Below are positions 61,282-64,000 of a stretch of 64,000 nt of DNA, in pieces. Position numbers and translations under genes: made by a program. The notes under the pieces are model-generated. The model made no database searches. It was not told where the DNA came from and saw only the letters and a list, made by a program, of their open reading frames with translations. Location of the stretch: assembly GCA_049304775.1 (NCBI GenBank), contig JBAQOL010000014.1:11098-75097 (forward strand). Reading direction: 5' to 3'. Numbering within the stretch: position 1 is the stretch's first letter; each line of letters starts with the position of its first letter. This stretch comes from Ferribacterium limneticum. Its GTDB lineage: Bacteria > Pseudomonadota > Gammaproteobacteria > Burkholderiales > Rhodocyclaceae.

Positions 61282-61506
61282 ATGTTTAAAAACCGTATCA
61301 ACGCAGTTCGTTCTTTGGTTGCTTCCGGCGCTGCCACTGTTGCAGGCGGCGCGATGGCCGCAGGCCCGGACCTGACCCCGCTGACCAGCGCCGTCGATTT
61401 CGGCACCGTCACTGTGGCGGTCCTGTCCATCGCCGGCATGCTCGCCGTCGTGTACGTGGCAGTCAAGGGCGCATCCATCGGCCTCGGCATGCTGCGCGGT
61501 CGCTAA
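61282..61506 (+). CDS. Inovirus major coat protein (g8p-like)
   Basis: AGGAGAAAACC-ATG. Signal peptide MFKNRINAVRSLVASGAATVAGGAMA. The 48-aa mature part has an acidic N-terminus, a hydrophobic core and a basic C-terminus (KGASIGLGMLRGR). Confidence 0.85.
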   Translation: MFKNRINAVRSLVASGAATVAGGAMAAGPDLTPLTSAVDFGTVTVAVLSIAGMLAVVYVAVKGASIGLGMLRGR

Positions 61507-61529
61507 CCAACAGCTCCAGCGACACGCCC

Positions 61530-61561
61530 GGGGGACGCCGCAAGGTTGTCCCCCATTTTTC
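61530..61561 (+). terminator. Rho-independent terminator after the major coat gene
   Basis: gggggac-gccgcaaggtt-gtccccc-attttt. This placement is typical of inoviruses. Confidence 0.75.
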
Positions 61562-61577
61562 TCACGCGAGGGCTTCC

Positions 61578-61667
61578 ATGACAACGAATGACCTTTGGTA
61601 CTTGCTGATTTTCGCCTGGGGCCTGGTGTCCGGCTGGGCCGTTATCAGCGGCTTGAAACCCCATTGA
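61578..61667 (+). CDS. 29-aa hydrophobic peptide (MTTNDLWYLLIFAWGLVSGWAVISGLKPH)
   Basis: GAGGG SD 5 nt upstream. The stop overlaps the g3p-like ATG (TGATG). Confidence 0.4.
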   Translation: MTTNDLWYLLIFAWGLVSGWAVISGLKPH

Positions 61668-63022
61668 TGACGGATTCCCGCATGCGAAAAATGTTTGTTT
61701 TGCTGATCTGTTTCCTGGTCTTGGTGCCCCGGGTCTTCGCCCAGGCACTGCCTGTTTCCCCTATGCAAAATGCGGTCTCGGGAGTCATGCAGCAGAAAAT
61801 GCTCTCCCGTGGATTCGCCGCAAATGATCCGCGCTTCGGTGCGACGCTCTCCCGGTCATCGAATGCTATCGCCGGGGTCGCCGGCACGGCCGCTGCAGTA
61901 ACGGTCGGCGCGGTCACAGCCCCTGGATGGGTATCGGTAGCAATTGCCGCCGGTATCGGTGCAGTGGTCACCTATGCGGTCACGCTCGGCATTGACGCCC
62001 TGGTCAATTGGCTTTTCCGTGCCGATGGCAAGATTGACCAATCGTCCTCAGCCAATCTCAGCTATGACGCTAACGGCTTTAATGCGGGCGATACCGTATG
62101 GGTCTATACCGACTTCGGCGGCGTTAAGCACTATGGCGGATCGCCTGAACCGCTGGCCCGCCAATTCCGCTACGACGACCTGGTACGCCAGGGCGTTACC
62201 AATCCCTCTGAGCCAACTTGCTTCGCCAACGGCACAGTTGGCTACTTCTGTGGGAACTACCAAGTAACCCTGACCGGCACCGCCCCGGTGACCTGCGGGC
62301 GTGGAATGCAAGCAATTGGTACGTCCTGCACAGCCTATTCCTACCCGTTGCCAACATCAGTACCGACGACAACCGGGCTGACCTTGCAACAAGCAATCAA
62401 CAATATTCCGGCAGCAGATCGCGACAAGCAGTTGAATCCCGCCCTACTTGCGGCCGTAGCTGACCAAGCATGGCGTAGTGCGGCAGCGCAGCCCGGCTAT
62501 GACGGCCTGCCCTACCAGGCATCTGATCCAATCACGCAGACCGACGCATCTCGCTGGCAAACTGCCAATCCAAATAGCTGGCCGAAGGTTTCTGACTTTG
62601 TGAATCCGCAAGCGACGCCCTCGGGCGGGACTGCCGCATCCCCTTGGGTGCTACCCAATACGGCGTCGCCGGTATCGAGCTACAGCCCCAGCACCTCGCC
62701 GCAGCAAACCACGTCGACCAATCCGAGCACACAGCCTGTTTCCAACCTCGGCCCCGATCCGGGCATCGGCCAGCCGACGCTAGAAGCGACGCCCACGGCG
62801 CAGCAAATCTTGCAGCCGATCCTCTCGCTATTTCCCGACCTGCGCTCGTACGTAGTCCCGTCACACTCCGGCGTTTGCCCCAAGCCATCGATGGATTTAT
62901 GGGGCAAGCACCTGGTGCTCGATGGCCATTGCAACCTTCTCGAAGACAACCGAGCGGCGATTCAAGCCGTCATGGCGATGGTCTGGGTAATGGTTGCCCT
63001 TTTCATCATTCTGGCTGCGTGA
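61667..63022 (+). CDS. Minor coat/adsorption protein (g3p-like)
   Basis: Signal peptide (MTDSR)MRKMFVLLICFLVLVPRVFA, a Ser/Thr/Pro-rich linker (SPSTSPQQTTSTNPSTQP) and a C-terminal TM anchor VMAMVWVMVALFIILAA. An alternative ATG lies at 61682. Confidence 0.7.
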   Translation: MTDSRMRKMFVLLICFLVLVPRVFAQALPVSPMQNAVSGVMQQKMLSRGFAANDPRFGATLSRSSNAIAGVAGTAAAVTVGAVTAPGWVSVAIAAGIGAVVTYAVTLGIDALVNWLFRADGKIDQSSSANLSYDANGFNAGDTVWVYTDFGGVKHYGGSPEPLARQFRYDDLVRQGVTNPSEPTCFANGTVGYFCGNYQVTLTGTAPVTCGRGMQAIGTSCTAYSYPLPTSVPTTTGLTLQQAINNIPAADRDKQLNPALLAAVADQAWRSAAAQPGYDGLPYQASDPITQTDASRWQTANPNSWPKVSDFVNPQATPSGGTAASPWVLPNTASPVSSYSPSTSPQQTTSTNPSTQPVSNLGPDPGIGQPTLEATPTAQQILQPILSLFPDLRSYVVPSHSGVCPKPSMDLWGKHLVLDGHCNLLEDNRAAIQAVMAMVWVMVALFIILAA

Positions 63023-63029
63023 GGTTCTG

Positions 63030-63323
63030 ATGTACGGGATTCTGCTATCCGCCTTCAACTCGGTACTTACCTTTGTTCTGCGGTCGGTGCTGGTGAAGTT
63101 TGTTCTGTTCTTTGGCCTCTTCTTCGTTACCACCGAATTCATTCAGGTGCTTTCTGCCTCGGGGCTTTTGCCATCCGCTGCATCGCTTTCTGGCGTTATG
63201 GGTGGCGTGCCTTCTGCGGTCTGGTACTTCCTCGATCTATTCAGCTTTTCGGTTGGCTTCTCCGCGTTGCTCTCAGCCTGGGTGACGCGTTTCATCATTC
63301 GTCGTATTCCTCTCATTGGGTGA
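63030..63323 (+). CDS. Minor coat protein (g6p-like, DUF2523-type)
   Basis: 97 aa with three hydrophobic segments. GAGG SD 5 nt upstream. Lies between g3p and zot. Confidence 0.6.
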   Translation: MYGILLSAFNSVLTFVLRSVLVKFVLFFGLFFVTTEFIQVLSASGLLPSAASLSGVMGGVPSAVWYFLDLFSFSVGFSALLSAWVTRFIIRRIPLIG

Positions 63324-63326
63324 CCC

Positions 63327-63410
63327 ATGCTTTTCTTCCTGACCTGCCTAATTACCGCTCCCCTGACCTGGCTGGCTTGTGAATGGATTTACAACCATCG
63401 CCGGGGCTGA
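63327..63410 (+). CDS. Possible 27-aa hydrophobic peptide (MLFFLTCLITAPLTWLACEWIYNHRRG)
   Basis: Fills the gap between the g6p-like and zot genes exactly. No clear SD. Confidence 0.25.
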   Translation: MLFFLTCLITAPLTWLACEWIYNHRRG

Positions 63411-63413
63411 CCC

Positions 63414-64000
63414 GTGCCGATCAATGTCTATACCGGGCTGATGCGTTCCGGAAAGTCCTACGAGGTTGTCAGCCAGGTAATTTTGGAGGCCATCGCCCAG
63501 GGGCGCCGGGTTGTCACCAATGTGGACGGCATCGATAGCGAGCTGGTCCGGGCTTATGTCGCCGACAAGCGCAAGCTGCCGATGGAACAACTCGGGCAGA
63601 TCGCGCACGTCACCAACGAGGATGTGTTCAAGCCCGACTTCCTCCCGTACTACGACGACGCCAAAACCGCGCATACCGATACGATTGTGCAGCCCGGCGA
63701 CCTGGTTGCCATAGATGAAGCATGGCGTTTCTGGGGCACCGACTGCAAGCTGCTCAAGCAGCACAAATCGTTTTTCCTGGAACATGGGCACTTCACCCAC
63801 CCAGAATCCGGCGTGGCCTGTGACCTGGTGCTGATGATTCAGGACATGGGCACCCTGCATCGCTTCGTTAAAAACGTCGTAGCCTTCTCGTTTCGCACCC
63901 ACAAGAAGATTTCGTTCGGGCTGAGCAACACCTATTCGGTCGTTATGTGGGAAGGCTCGAAGATGAACAAGCAGACCCGCATCGGTGATTGGGTCCGGCG
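63414..64000 (+). CDS. Zot/g1p-like assembly ATPase (3' end beyond window)
   Basis: Translated by hand because the ORF is open at the window end and absent from the track: VPINVYTGLMRSGKSYEVV (Walker A) ... LVAIDEAWRFW (Walker B). GTG start directly after an in-frame TGA. Confidence 0.85.
   Translation, partial: MPINVYTGLMRSGKSYEVVSQVILEAIAQGRRVVTNVDGIDSELVRAYVADKRKLPMEQLGQIAHVTNEDVFKPDFLPYYDDAKTAHTDTIVQPGDLVAIDEAWRFWGTDCKLLKQHKSFFLEHGHFTHPESGVACDLVLMIQDMGTLHRFVKNVVAFSFRTHKKISFGLSNTYSVVMWEGSKMNKQTRIGDWVR

Larger units (their letters stand above)
56778..64000. mobile_element. Filamentous (Inoviridae, Pf-like) prophage integrated next to the tRNA; right end beyond the window
   Basis: Integrase adjacent to the tRNA 3' end, followed by the canonical inovirus gene order (regulators, gII-like Rep, gV-like SSB, small ORFs, g8p, g3p, g6p, Zot/g1p). 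Contains patches of lower GC than the flanking host DNA. Confidence 0.85.

Overview
High-GC chromosomal segment, by inference from a betaproteobacterium (Rhodocyclales-like), mostly housekeeping with three notable parts. (1) 505-9610 (-): a tightly coupled five-gene operon in which DabA (DUF2309, beta-carbonic-anhydrase-like Zn ligands visible) sits next to a NuoL-like DabB and three further NuoM/ND4-type antiporter-like subunits. This is a much larger membrane module than the classical two-gene DAB/MpsAB inorganic-carbon pump. dabA also carries an in-frame copy of a dispersed repeat and a REP-like palindrome translated as its C-terminal tail. (2) A roughly 40-bp non-hairpin repeat (..ACGGTCAACCGGAAAAAAYGGCCAAAATTGAAATC) occurs at least 9 times. 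Copies lie mostly between genes, sometimes as the only sequence between convergent genes; one is inside dabA, and two supply a stop codon or the 3' end of an ORF. (3) From 56778 to the window end: a filamentous (Inoviridae, Pf-like) prophage integrated beside a tRNA(CAU) that follows the rpsU-yqeY-dnaG-rpoD operon. Its gene order is integrase, repressor-like gene, nested palindromic operator, excisionase-like, Rep (gII-like), ssDNA-binding, major coat, g3p-like, g6p-like, Zot/g1p (truncated by the window), plus several tiny hydrophobic ORFs. The central part holds dnaE, uvrD, leuS-lptE-holA, proA, gcdH, ogt, xerD, folB, plsY, tpx and tsaD. It also holds four PEP-CTERM proteins, signalling genes (HTH-REC, soluble MCP, haem-c GGDEF-EAL, CHASE hybrid kinase, REC-REC), a qor-TAXI-ParA operon and three decayed gene remnants. 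No rRNA or CRISPR array was seen. Many long ORFs in the track are antisense shadow frames typical of GC-rich DNA and were rejected.
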